From: Acidobacteriota bacterium
Lineage (GTDB): Bacteria; Acidobacteriota; UBA890; WLXD01
Direction of reading: 5' to 3'
Length of the DNA stretch: 64,000 bases
NCBI GenBank assembly: GCA_965205505.1
Contig: CBDBHB010000009.1
Span: 2,976,001 to 3,040,000 of the forward strand
Positions 1-9,465 of this stretch are shown in pieces (positions within the stretch are counted from its first letter, which is position 1; each line of letters begins with the position of its first letter). Made by a program: the position numbers and the translations under genes. The notes under the pieces are model-generated. The model was not told the DNA's origin. It saw only the letters and a list, made by a program, of their open reading frames with translations, and did no database searches.

Positions 1-287
1 GGACATCCAAGATCCTGACAACTTACGCGAGCGGTATCTGACTTACTTGCGGGAGGTTGAACTCAGCTTGAGGCATTCCTACGTGCGGGGCTTGCCGGTT
101 CCAGTAGAGCGTAGAGATGACCCCGTGGAGTGTCCCAACTGTGGGGGGGGGGAATACGATCAAGCAAAGCTCCCCGTCGCGACCGATGCCCGACGAGCTG
201 AAGAACGCCGAGAACGTGACTGGTGATTTAGGCGAGGTGTTCTGTGAGGACTGTGTTGACATATACCCCTGGGTGCACCGCTCCTAG
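1..287 (+). CDS. 3' end of a probable Zn-ribbon protein, frame broken at a G10 tract (143-152)
   Basis: Frame from nt 2 reads ...VECPNCGGG. Removing one G continues NTIKQ...VFCEDCVDIYPWVHRS* (TAG 285-287), giving two CxxC pairs. Confidence 0.45.
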
Positions 288-842
288 ACGGGCACGCGGG
301 GACGACCCGAGCTCGGCAGCGGGGCTGATTGAGCGAATTCAGCGCGCGCGGGAACTTCCGCTTCCTCGTCTCGTTTGAATCAAGCGGCGCGCTTGCCCCC
401 TGCTGGAGTCTCTCTGCTTCTACCCGAGTCGCAACCGCCTCCACGGATCCACTGACGCCAGTCTGTCACCGACGGTTGGCCGGCCGAGTTCGCTCGGCGA
501 CGGGAGGGATCACATAGGACTCCTGACGCTGGGCACCGTCGTGCGATCCACCGGGCTTTCCGGGTCACCAGCGCGGAGCCGACCGGTGGCGCGGCGTCCC
601 GGCGCGCCCACTAGGATTCTTCCCTGCAGGGTCCACGTGACGGCCATCATGTTCCGCGCCTTGTAGCACGGGAGCGTGGACGCCGCGGCGGCGCGCTGTT
701 GCGCCATCATGGAAGTTACGAGGCCTGACCGTTGGTGCCCGCCAGCTATAGGTCTCAGGTAGAACGCGAGGCAGGGTCGACTAGATGCGCAAAGTTCCCC
801 CGGGGCCTCAGCCTTCACGTCGTGTGTGCCGCCAGCCGCACC

Positions 843-3131
843 CTAGTCATCGTCCACCAGAAACAGGTCATCCTCGCGCCCACCCGCGTCGTGTCTCCTA
901 ACGGCCTTTTCGAACGCTGTCAGCACCCTCAATTGGTCGTCGGAGAGCCCCTTCCTGTCGAGAGAAGCGACCTTTTCCTGCAGTGCCTCAACCGGCACGA
1001 ACGGCTCGATGTCGGAGAGTTTCACGTGCCGATGGGACTCGTAGACGTGGTCGCTGCTGACGTACGATTGCACTTCGAATCGCTCCAGAAGCGTCGCGAC
1101 CCCTTCAGGTGTCCCGATCAGCTCTTCGCAGAATCGCCCGGGTTCGTTCGACTCCTCTCCCCATTCGCGCCAGTTGTAGAGAATTGATACGAACTCCTGG
1201 GAGAGGATGAGCGCCCCGTCAGCTGCGGCGTTCTTGATCTTGTCTACACAAAGCTCTTTCAGAGTGCCCATCGCGTCTGGAGTTAAGAAGAGTTCGTCTG
1301 GTTGCGTCTCTTGCCGCTGCAGCTCGCGCGCTACGAACGCAATGGGTAGCTCCAACCCCTCCGTCTCCGTGACAGCGTCAACGATCACCTTTGTGCGTTC
1401 TGCTTCGTTGAACTTGTCCTGCTTGAGGTACCAGTACACGATCCGGTGCGCGTGCATCGGAGCGGATATCCCGAACATCCCAGGGGAATCATCGCCAATG
1501 TCCCCGCTGACATCGAACAGGGCCGTAATGAATGCCCGTGCATGCCTGACATCGATTCTCTGTTTGTAGGCTTCGAGACGCTCCAACGCGGCCTTCAGGC
1601 GGCCATCTCTCGCGATCAGTTTGAGAGCTGTCCGAAACGCAGTCCGGTCGTGTGTTGACGCCAGAAGGTTCACGAGTTCTGTCTCGGAGAGCTGATCCTC
1701 GGGCGTGGTGAGTACAAAATAGCGATCGAAGATATCCTCTGAGCACACCCGGAGGTCACGTTCCCAATTCTCGCCGAATTCAGACCCATAATTGGAACCG
1801 CCCAGAGCCCATTCTGCCGGCGGGAAGAGCTGCTTCACTATCTCTTCCACTTGTGCCTCAAGACCTTCTGACGCGGCCTTAACGATCGCTCGCACCACCT
1901 CGCGTGCTCCGTCGGTCTTGCCCCGTTCTCGCAGTTCGGTAAGAGCTGCTTTGTTTTTGCGAATGAGGCCGTAAACTTCGGGTTCGAACAAGCGAAGAGC
2001 TTCAAGGGCAATGAGGTCAATCGGGTTGACCTCGAAGGCCTGCTCGCTTCTGAAGACTGCGACGTGCAAAGAGAGCGATGACAGGAATCGCTTGACGGTG
2101 CGAAGCGTCTGAAAGTAGGGTGCGAGCCCTCCCAAGAAGAGATTGCCCCATCGTGTTTTGTCGAAGCGCTGAGCGACTTTGGCATCCGCCAGGCACTCAT
2201 TCAACCCGTCAGAAAGGACGCGCCGAAGCTTGATGGGCTCGACGGCGGGGATGTCGAATGGCACCTGAACTACCTTCTCCAAATACTTTCGGCCAGGCAT
2301 ACTGAGGGCCTTCGTGATGTTTTTCTCGACCGTCTCTCGATCGAAAAGCACGAGGTAGACGAGATTCGGGAAATCTGCATTTGCCTTGATGAGCTGCAGC
2401 ATCTCCGCCGTCTCCTCTGGCGTAAGCCGGTCGATGTCGTCGATGATCACGAGAAGTGGCCAGGAGAGGCCCCCAAGGTCTCTGGCGATCTCGTCACGGA
2501 CCTCTTCGAGACTCTTCTGCGCGCTGCTGCCACCGGCAGCAAGGAAGCCCTGAACAGCTTCGGCAAATCTCGAGGAGAACGCCAGGAACATTCCAACGAA
2601 GGCAAGCCCCACAGCCACAGCGCGAGTGATCCGGTTCGCAACGAACTCGCTGGCCCCGAGGGCCGCCGCAAACAGGACGAACACGATGGCGAGTCGCCCT
2701 GCGTTCGCCACTAAGTCGCTGCCGCCCCGCAGTAAGGCAGCGTATCGGTGCCAGCGGGCAGCGAGTCTTGCGCGGCCCCCGAACGTCCGGCGAGGCCCGC
2801 GGCCGATACCGATCCCAACTTGGTCGAAGAAGGCTTGCGTCAGCAGTTCGCGGTTCGCGAACTGCCACGGATTGAATTCGACGACCCGTACCGGCTTCGC
2901 TGATGCTTCCTTCAGGGTCTCGCAGACCATGTTCTTGACGGACGACTTCCCACTTCCCCACCCTCCACAGAGTCCAATGACCAGGCTTTCTCGGCCACGC
3001 CAGCCGCTGATGGCTCTCGAGATGGCGGCGGCAAACTCAGCGCGGCCGAGCCGGTCGTCGGCTCGGCTCTGAATCGGTCGGTCGTCGGCAAAGTGAAATG
3101 ACATCCTCTGGTCGTTCTCTCCACCGCTCAT
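843..3131 (-). CDS. KAP-family P-loop NTPase with two-TM insert and long helical C-terminus
   Basis: DRPI..DRLGR N-motif, Walker A GGWGSGKSS, EFNPW, hydrophobic pair, Walker B IIDDIDRL, YLEKVVQVPFDIP. The ORF track extends to 3230; start 3131 preferred. Confidence 0.9.
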   Translation of the reverse strand: MSGGENDQRMSFHFADDRPIQSRADDRLGRAEFAAAISRAISGWRGRESLVIGLCGGWGSGKSSVKNMVCETLKEASAKPVRVVEFNPWQFANRELLTQAFFDQVGIGIGRGPRRTFGGRARLAARWHRYAALLRGGSDLVANAGRLAIVFVLFAAALGASEFVANRITRAVAVGLAFVGMFLAFSSRFAEAVQGFLAAGGSSAQKSLEEVRDEIARDLGGLSWPLLVIIDDIDRLTPEETAEMLQLIKANADFPNLVYLVLFDRETVEKNITKALSMPGRKYLEKVVQVPFDIPAVEPIKLRRVLSDGLNECLADAKVAQRFDKTRWGNLFLGGLAPYFQTLRTVKRFLSSLSLHVAVFRSEQAFEVNPIDLIALEALRLFEPEVYGLIRKNKAALTELRERGKTDGAREVVRAIVKAASEGLEAQVEEIVKQLFPPAEWALGGSNYGSEFGENWERDLRVCSEDIFDRYFVLTTPEDQLSETELVNLLASTHDRTAFRTALKLIARDGRLKAALERLEAYKQRIDVRHARAFITALFDVSGDIGDDSPGMFGISAPMHAHRIVYWYLKQDKFNEAERTKVIVDAVTETEGLELPIAFVARELQRQETQPDELFLTPDAMGTLKELCVDKIKNAAADGALILSQEFVSILYNWREWGEESNEPGRFCEELIGTPEGVATLLERFEVQSYVSSDHVYESHRHVKLSDIEPFVPVEALQEKVASLDRKGLSDDQLRVLTAFEKAVRRHDAGGREDDLFLVDDD

Positions 3132-3402
3132 ATCTGCAACTTTCGTCTTCATCCTTCTGCTACTTTCAGGACGAGGCTGACGAGTCCGTCTAACCGAAGC
3201 AAGCTGCCAATGTGCTTGCATAGTAGACAAGGCAGCGGACTCTGACGCAGTTGGGCCGGGCGCCGCTGATCCCGTGGGATCACTGCACCACGTCGAGGCT
3301 CTCGGCCTGCCGAATCGTCCGGTCGTGTGACTGCTGCATCTAGTTGATGACTGCGTTCACGTCGATAACAGTCAGCCGAGAGAGGGCTAGTGGGGCAAGC
3401 CG

Positions 3403-3729
3403 ATGAAGGTGAAGGTCTACCACACGCGGTTTAACGACGGCGCGGTCCGCGTCGTCGAGGTGTCTCCAGGCGAGTCGATCGTGACGACCCTGGAGCGGGT
3501 TTTCCTGGCGGCGCAGAAGGACATGATGCGGGGCGCAGGCGAGGCCGATCTTCCTCCGATGTGTATCGGCGATGTCTGCGAGGTGCGCGGCATCCTGTAC
3601 CGTGTGGCGCCTTGCGGATGGCTCGAGCTGGGCGACGACGAGAAGGCGACGGACAAGCTGGGGATGGACGCCGAGGACGCGGCACACGATCACCGGCCGA
3701 CGCGGAAGTTCCGCGGCAGCGGGATGTGA
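3403..3729 (+). CDS. small hypothetical protein, YodL-like
   Basis: LERVF...MCIGDVCEVRGILYRVAPCGW resembles the YodL-like pattern SVGD(V/I)..G..Y.V...GF. Confidence 0.45.
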   Translation: MKVKVYHTRFNDGAVRVVEVSPGESIVTTLERVFLAAQKDMMRGAGEADLPPMCIGDVCEVRGILYRVAPCGWLELGDDEKATDKLGMDAEDAAHDHRPTRKFRGSGM

Positions 3730-3965
3730 GAACCGCGGGCGGCGCGAACCAGTGCCCGGGTGGCTCAGCGTGCTGCGTCGATGCGCTAGGACGCCGAACG
3801 AATCTCAGCTTCCTACCTGCTTCGTCGAAAGCGTACTCTGTGCACCGGGCGGACACACACCCTGTGGGGGCTGCTCGAAGCTAGGCGCTGACGAGCTCCG
3901 GCCCGAGCGGGAGGTTACCCGAGGCTTGTGTCACGCGACGAGGCCCGAACGAGGAGACACACGCA

Positions 3966-4487
3966 TTGGCTGATTCGACGTGGCTCGAGAAAATCCTTAG
4001 CTGCCTCGAAATCCAAAAAAATCCCTGGGTGACGGGTCCGCTTACCGTAGCTTCTTTCTTGTTCTGGCAGCTGGTGCGCACCGATGTTATTCCGACGCCG
4101 GATAGTCCGTTGTGGGAAACCGGACCAGTGTTAGCGATGCTGATCTTCGGGGCTCGATTCGTTGGGAGCCTCGGAGAGAAACAGATAACACCGAGGATAA
4201 ACCGTCGCCGCGAGCAGAAGAGCGCTGAGGCTTCCATGGCGCACATGACCGAGAGAGAGAAAAAGCTCATTGGAAGCTTGCTCCACGGCGAAGAGAGGGT
4301 GCTTCGTGCATTAGAAACCGACCGACGCGCTCTGCGACTAGTCGAAATTGGGATCATGAAGATCATCAAGAAAGACGACCGCCTACCGGCAAAAGTCTCG
4401 GCTAACTGGACGTTTTCTGTGCCAGAGCATATCTGGGAAGTATTGGAGAGGAATCGCGACTCATTCCCCAAACCCGAGCCGCCGTAG
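3966..4487 (+). CDS. superinfection exclusion B (SieB)-like membrane protein
   Basis: Two N-terminal hydrophobic segments, then MTEREKKLI...LVEIGIM...FSVPEHIWEVL, typical of the SieB-family C-terminal domain. Confidence 0.55.
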   Translation: MADSTWLEKILSCLEIQKNPWVTGPLTVASFLFWQLVRTDVIPTPDSPLWETGPVLAMLIFGARFVGSLGEKQITPRINRRREQKSAEASMAHMTEREKKLIGSLLHGEERVLRALETDRRALRLVEIGIMKIIKKDDRLPAKVSANWTFSVPEHIWEVLERNRDSFPKPEPP

Positions 4488-4907
4488 ATCACACGTTGTG
4501 AGCGGCGCGCCGCCCCCGAAAGTAGTGCAGCCGCGGCAGCCGAGGGATACAGACCCCGTCGTTTCGACACCATCCACCCAGCCATCGGAGCGCTCGGATA
4601 ATCGCGTATCGGAACCAGAATCGCTTGTACGGGCCGCGAAGATCTCGAACGGCTTCAATCCCGCGAAGGGCTCGACGGCCGTCACGCGGCGGTCTCGTGC
4701 CAGCGGCGGCGCTTCACGCGATGTCGTCGTCGAGCGCGGCCAGCAGGCGCTCGTCATGGCGTCCCAGAGCGACCACGAGCGCGCCGCGAAGCAGCTCACC
4801 CGCGGTCACGTCGGCCGGCGTCGGCTTTGGCTTCGAGGCACACCGGCGGCGGCGGGGATCGAACGGCACCAAGACCCCGCGGCCGGCGTCATCGTCCCGG
4901 TGCTCGG

Positions 4908-5299
4908 TCATGGCAGCGACTCCGGCTTCGGGCGCTCGAAGCCCCACACGGCCATGAGCGCGTCCGCTTCGCGCTCGCGGCGGTCATGCGTCGGCGCCAT
5001 TGCAACACCGCGGGCCGGTGCTCAGGCTTCACGTCGTCAACTGACGTTTCGCGTAAAGTGTGCGCCTCGAACGAATCGGACAACGGCTCCGTCGGCTCGC
5101 GTATCAGCCATGCGTGCGCCACCTCGTGTGCGACAAGCTGCGGCAGCGACGTGTCAACCGTGGCCCATGCACCGAGCACGACGAACCACGGCCGGGCCGC
5201 GTCGAATGCGGGCGCCGCTCCGGCCCACCCGCGCACCTGCGAGCCGACGCCCAAAAAGGTCACGCGGTCGAGCAAGTACCTCACGACGGGCGGCGGCAA
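4908..5299 (-). pseudogene. small zincin-like metallopeptidase, frameshifted
   Basis: VAHEVAHAWL (HExxH). After a frameshift near 4990 it reads EREADALMAVWGF (third-ligand helix) to TGA at 4908. Confidence 0.55.
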
Positions 5300-5596
5300 C
5301 GTCGCGATAGACGTCCATCCTCAACTTCGTCGACGACAGCACGGCGCACACGGCCACCCCGATCCGGCGAGGCTATCGGCGGCCCGTAGCGACGGATCTG
5401 GAGCCATTCATGCAGATATTCGACTGATGTCCATCCCGGCATTCGGACGCGCGGGATCGAAGGTCGCTAGGAAGCTGGCGTCAGCCCACGTTGTGAGTAG
5501 CGGGACGATCTAGAGTCAGAGTGGTCCTACTCGCGCGGCCAGCGGCTGCGCGGAGGCTGCAGACATCGCCCTGCCGAACAGCGACCAGCTTCACCG

Positions 5597-6694
5597 CTAC
5601 AGCTCGGAATCTCCCGGCACACCTCCCTCGGTCACGCTTTCGGCCGACATGTTCGCTCTCCAGCCGGACACGACAGCGGCCAGGAAGGGCTGCAAGTGCT
5701 GCTTGAGTGCCTCCCACTCAGCCTCGGACACTCGAACCTCTAGCGCATAGTTCTTCGAGCGACTTTTTGCCCCGTGAACTGCCGCCTCAAACGACGCAGC
5801 CGCTTCGGCACCCGCGGCCTGCGAAGCGCGAGGATAGAAGCACAGCGACAAACCGTGGGCCGGCGTCTGCAGTACGTACAGCGTTGCGTAACTCCGCGAA
5901 GTTGGCCTTCCTTCATCCGTGACGGCCTGCAAGCTAAAGGAGTAAGCTGTCTTTCCGGGCCAACAGTAAGCACCCAGCCCCTTCTCGACGAACGCGCGGA
6001 CTTTCTCAAGAAGGTCCAGCAACCCAAGCTCCTTGGCTCGGCCCCGCAGGACCTCCAGGTTGCCCTCCTTCGTCGCCACAGCTCCGTGCTCTCGCACCAA
6101 GCGTCCGACGCTCGGCGTCACCGACTCACGGGCCAAGAACAACTTGTCGTCTTGATGGAAGCCATAGAATGTCAAAAGCTGAATATCGGTACCCCGCTCA
6201 GCCAGAAACTCCACGATTCGCCGAGCCCTGTCATCAGCCCCGAGTCCCAGCAAGACGATCCGTGGAGCTTCGGAGAGCGCGTCGGTCGAGCCGGGGTATT
6301 CTTGGCTGTACCAGTCTCCGAAGTCCTCGATCTTGTCGATACCAAGGCGGCCGGAGTACTCGCGAACGAGGGCAGCCAGCCGCTCGAATTCGTAGGCCCC
6401 CAAATCCGATGCGTAGTCCAGCGCTTGGGCAACGGCGTCGCGCGTTAGCGTCCCTCGCTTTAGTTCGAACACCGTCAAACGGCCATTTTGGTCAACGCCC
6501 AGCAAGTCCAAAGGGCCGCCGTCAGTGGGCACCTGTCGACCGATCAACTGCAGACCGGGCTCTAGGAGTTCCGGAGATCCAACCAGGATGTTCTCCAACC
6601 GCTGCTCCGTCTCGGTAGTTGCAACCTCGTCCACCGGCACAGCAGACACTGTCGCGCCATCCTGTCCTACTGACCACAGCTGAATCCGCTTCAC
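5597..6694 (-). CDS. NucS/EndoMS-like PD-(D/E)xK endonuclease with extra C-terminal domain
   Basis: TEQRLE...LIGRQ...LDLLGVDQNGRLTVFELKRG...AVAQALDY motif set. Confidence 0.85.
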   Translation of the reverse strand: MKRIQLWSVGQDGATVSAVPVDEVATTETEQRLENILVGSPELLEPGLQLIGRQVPTDGGPLDLLGVDQNGRLTVFELKRGTLTRDAVAQALDYASDLGAYEFERLAALVREYSGRLGIDKIEDFGDWYSQEYPGSTDALSEAPRIVLLGLGADDRARRIVEFLAERGTDIQLLTFYGFHQDDKLFLARESVTPSVGRLVREHGAVATKEGNLEVLRGRAKELGLLDLLEKVRAFVEKGLGAYCWPGKTAYSFSLQAVTDEGRPTSRSYATLYVLQTPAHGLSLCFYPRASQAAGAEAAASFEAAVHGAKSRSKNYALEVRVSEAEWEALKQHLQPFLAAVVSGWRANMSAESVTEGGVPGDSEL

Positions 6695-6820
6695 AGCTTC
6701 ACCATTTCTATCGACTCGGCTCTCGTGCGATGGACAGTGATACGCGACGAACTACGAGGACACCTCGTCGGCCGAATCATCGCCACAGAGTTCATAGAGC
6801 CCCTGTCGAACCCTGCACGA

Positions 6821-7090
6821 CTACGTGACGGCCTTCAAGTCTTCATCTTTGGGTTGCCACGGCACTAGGACTCTGCGATGCCCACCGGTTGCCCTTCCCG
6901 GCGCAGCTACACCGAATGGAGAACGAACAGTCCGGACTCCACGGTGGACCTCTGCGCCCAGCTCTGCCTCGCGACGGGTAACGAAAAACGGTCCTGCCAA
7001 GCCTCATCGTAGCTTTAACCTTGACACACAAGCCCCGGCTGCCCTTCGTGCAGTGTAGATCGTACGAATGCGTGCGATATCCATCATCAA
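6821..7090 (-). pseudogene. DUF3883 (NOV-C type nuclease) C-terminal fragment
   Basis: SYDLHCTKG...VKVKAT...GRTVF, then frameshifted VTRREAE, ending PWQPKDEDLKAVT*. Confidence 0.5.
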
Positions 7091-8125
7091 CCCGCCCGCC
7101 GCTCCTTCGACCGCGCCCGGCGCCGGCCACCGCGGCCCGGCTGCGGCCGCGACGGCGAGGCCACGATTGGGCGCAGGCCGGCCCGGCCGATCGTCGCATG
7201 GACACGGCGCCCCCGTTGGGTCCGAACCCACGAATAGACCACGTCTGTCCGGTGACCGGCCGAGTCGATAAAGGTCGCAGATATCGGCAGCCGGTCGCCA
7301 CCCTTGTGGCGGTATTCCTCCCCGAGTTGCGCGTCGAGCATCGCCCACGGCTCCGACCGCGAGGTGTCCCCGCCGAATTCGTGTCGATCAAGCAACCATG
7401 ATTCTTCTCCCGGCCCCCAACCTACGACAAGCGCCTCCAAGCGACGTCCTGGACGTCGACGCCCATTGTCACAAACGTCACCCCGGAGGGCGCCGGTGCT
7501 TCGTACTCTTCGCGTCGCATCAATACCCGATCGGGCTCGACTCTCTCTCCGGCGTCATGTTCCACAGGCTCCCCGAGAGTCGTGTTCTGCCAGGTATGCA
7601 TGACTGACCGGTCCCCAGCCTCTGACGCTTCACGCGCCGCCAGAAACCCCGCCACAATCGAGCGCAGGCTCGAGAATGGGGAATATGCTTCCCACACGTG
7701 GAACGAAACCAGCCCCGGAGTTTTCGCCACCGCCGTGGCGCGCCACTCCCCACCCGCGAGCGCAGTGACCCGTTGGGCGTCCGTCATTGACCCGTCGCAA
7801 CCATCGCAAGCGAGCACAGCCGTAGACGGGTCCCCATCGGCCCACCGCACCCGCGCCCACGTGTACGGCGCCGCATGGCCACAGAGCGCGCACGGCACGA
7901 AACATCGCCGCTGGTCACCCCGTTCGTACCAAGTTTGAATTGTTACCCCGACCATGGTCGGCGAGGAGATCAACAGAACCCGCCGCCGGCCAGCGGGCCC
8001 GACGGAACGATCAGCTCCGCGTCGCAGAACGCCGAGACCCGATAATCCGGCGGCAGCCGGTAGACCTCGCGCCAGGACGCGGCGAGGCTATCAATCGGGG
8101 CATGGAACGTAGGCCCGGAACTCAC
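7090..8125 (-). pseudogene. lambda gpA-type large terminase, internally deleted, frameshifted and truncated
   Basis: GTG start overlaps the TerS stop. N-term PPDYRVSAFCDAELIVPSGPLAG joins directly to LISSPT...YERGDQRR, CxxC pairs, WQNTTLGEP, TMGVDVQ, FIDSAGH. No Walker A/B. Confidence 0.85.
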
Positions 8126-9327
8126 TTCCGCGCCTTCGGCTTCCGTTTCGCCTTCGCTGGACGTCCGGGCCGAACGTCCACCCCCCGCGCCTTCGCCTTT
8201 CGTTTTGTCGCCCGTTTTCGACTGGTCGGCGCCTTTGAGCCTTTCGCCCGGCGCTTTGACCGTGCAGCCGGAGGGGCCTTTACGGTCGCGGGCGGGTCGT
8301 CGTTTCCGTCCGCGAGCTCCTCGAGCACTTGCCGGATTAGCGCCTCCATGGCCCCCCGGGTCGCGGCATCGAGGCTGAGGACGTCCGGCAGCGACGCGAG
8401 CTTCGTCCGCACCGCGGCCGCATGGCCGCTCCATTCGGCGATGACTTCATCCTTCGCTACGAGCTCGCCGGCCCGGACTTTCAGCGTTTGCTCCGCAAGG
8501 TAGCGCTGCGCTCGCTCCTTCAGCGCCCGCTCCCGTACCGGGTCCAGGAACTCGCGCACCGTCCGGCCCTGTATCTTCGCCTCGTGCTCCGCTAGCCACC
8601 GCTCGACATCCTCGAGCCGGTAGCCGTGGGGCGCCCCCCGCGCACCGCGCCGAGCGACCGGCATCCCGGCATCGACCAGCTTGTTAATCTGCTTAGCACT
8701 CCGGCCGAGCGCCGCCGCGAGCTGCGCCCGTTTGAGCAACTTCTCGACGCCGAGAATCTGCTCGGTATGAGGACGCGCCAAGAACGTCCCGCCGTCGAAG
8801 GCCTCGCTCGGCCGCTGCAACTTCCAGAGTTCCTCGACGGCCGCGAGGTACTCCCGCGGCATATCGCCACCGGCGAATAGCGTGAAATTCTCGAGGCGCT
8901 TGTTGGCGTTCAGGTTGGCCGATGTGGTGTACAGCACGTCGAGCTTTCCCCCGAGCACGAGCACAAACTTCGCGTGTGAGTTCCACACCCGGAGCGCCTG
9001 GTCGCCGAATAGCTGGCGGGCGCGGCCACAGTAACGCGGCTGCCTCGCTTCGAACGACCGGTCAACGAGTAGCCGTAGCGTTCGGATGCTCCCATTCTGT
9101 AGCAGCCCCTCGGCCCGCTCGATGTCGGCGTTCGCGGCCGTCCAGGTCGAGACCGTGACGTCACTTGGCCCGCACCGTGCGAGCAGTTCTTCTATCCCAT
9201 CGATCAGCGACCAAGTCCCATCGGAGAGGCCGTGGATTGAGCAACCATCCGCGAGGCCTTCGAAGGCTTCCGACGGCCCCTTGCTGTTGCGTCCGACCCA
9301 CGCCGTCCGTTCTTGACCTTTCGACAA
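8122..9327 (-). CDS. Nu1-type small terminase fused to an N-terminal PLD-like (HxK...SAN) nuclease domain
   Basis: N-term SHAKFVLV...TTSANLNANKRLENF. C-term wHTH QLAAALGRSAKQINKLVDAGMP...YRLEDVERWL, coiled coil ERALKERAQ...GELV and Lys/Arg-rich tail. Continuous ORF immediately upstream of TerL. Confidence 0.8.
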   Translation of the reverse strand: MSKGQERTAWVGRNSKGPSEAFEGLADGCSIHGLSDGTWSLIDGIEELLARCGPSDVTVSTWTAANADIERAEGLLQNGSIRTLRLLVDRSFEARQPRYCGRARQLFGDQALRVWNSHAKFVLVLGGKLDVLYTTSANLNANKRLENFTLFAGGDMPREYLAAVEELWKLQRPSEAFDGGTFLARPHTEQILGVEKLLKRAQLAAALGRSAKQINKLVDAGMPVARRGARGAPHGYRLEDVERWLAEHEAKIQGRTVREFLDPVRERALKERAQRYLAEQTLKVRAGELVAKDEVIAEWSGHAAAVRTKLASLPDVLSLDAATRGAMEALIRQVLEELADGNDDPPATVKAPPAARSKRRAKGSKAPTSRKRATKRKAKARGVDVRPGRPAKAKRKPKARK

Positions 9328-9334
9328 CCCTTAA

Positions 9335-9432
9335 CCCTCTAGGGACGTACTAAAAACTGACGAGATTCTGCGACCGTCCACTCCCGTTAGCGATGATCTC
9401 GACGAAGAACCTATAGCCCACCCCCACCCCTG
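9335..9432 (-). promoter_or_regulatory. candidate cos/packaging region upstream of TerS
   Basis: Minus strand reads GGGGTGGGGGTGGGCTATAGGTTCTTCG...TTTTTAGTACG. Position between rep and terS, and the TAGGTTCTTC motif, resemble cos regions of gpA-type phages. Confidence 0.35.
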
Positions 9433-9465
9433 CCGGTGGCCGCGCACGAAGCGATCGCCGCTTGA

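Noticed and set aside
300-840. Short ORFs or ncRNA between the first gene and the KAP NTPase
   Set aside because: No recognisable motif, RBS or convincing structure
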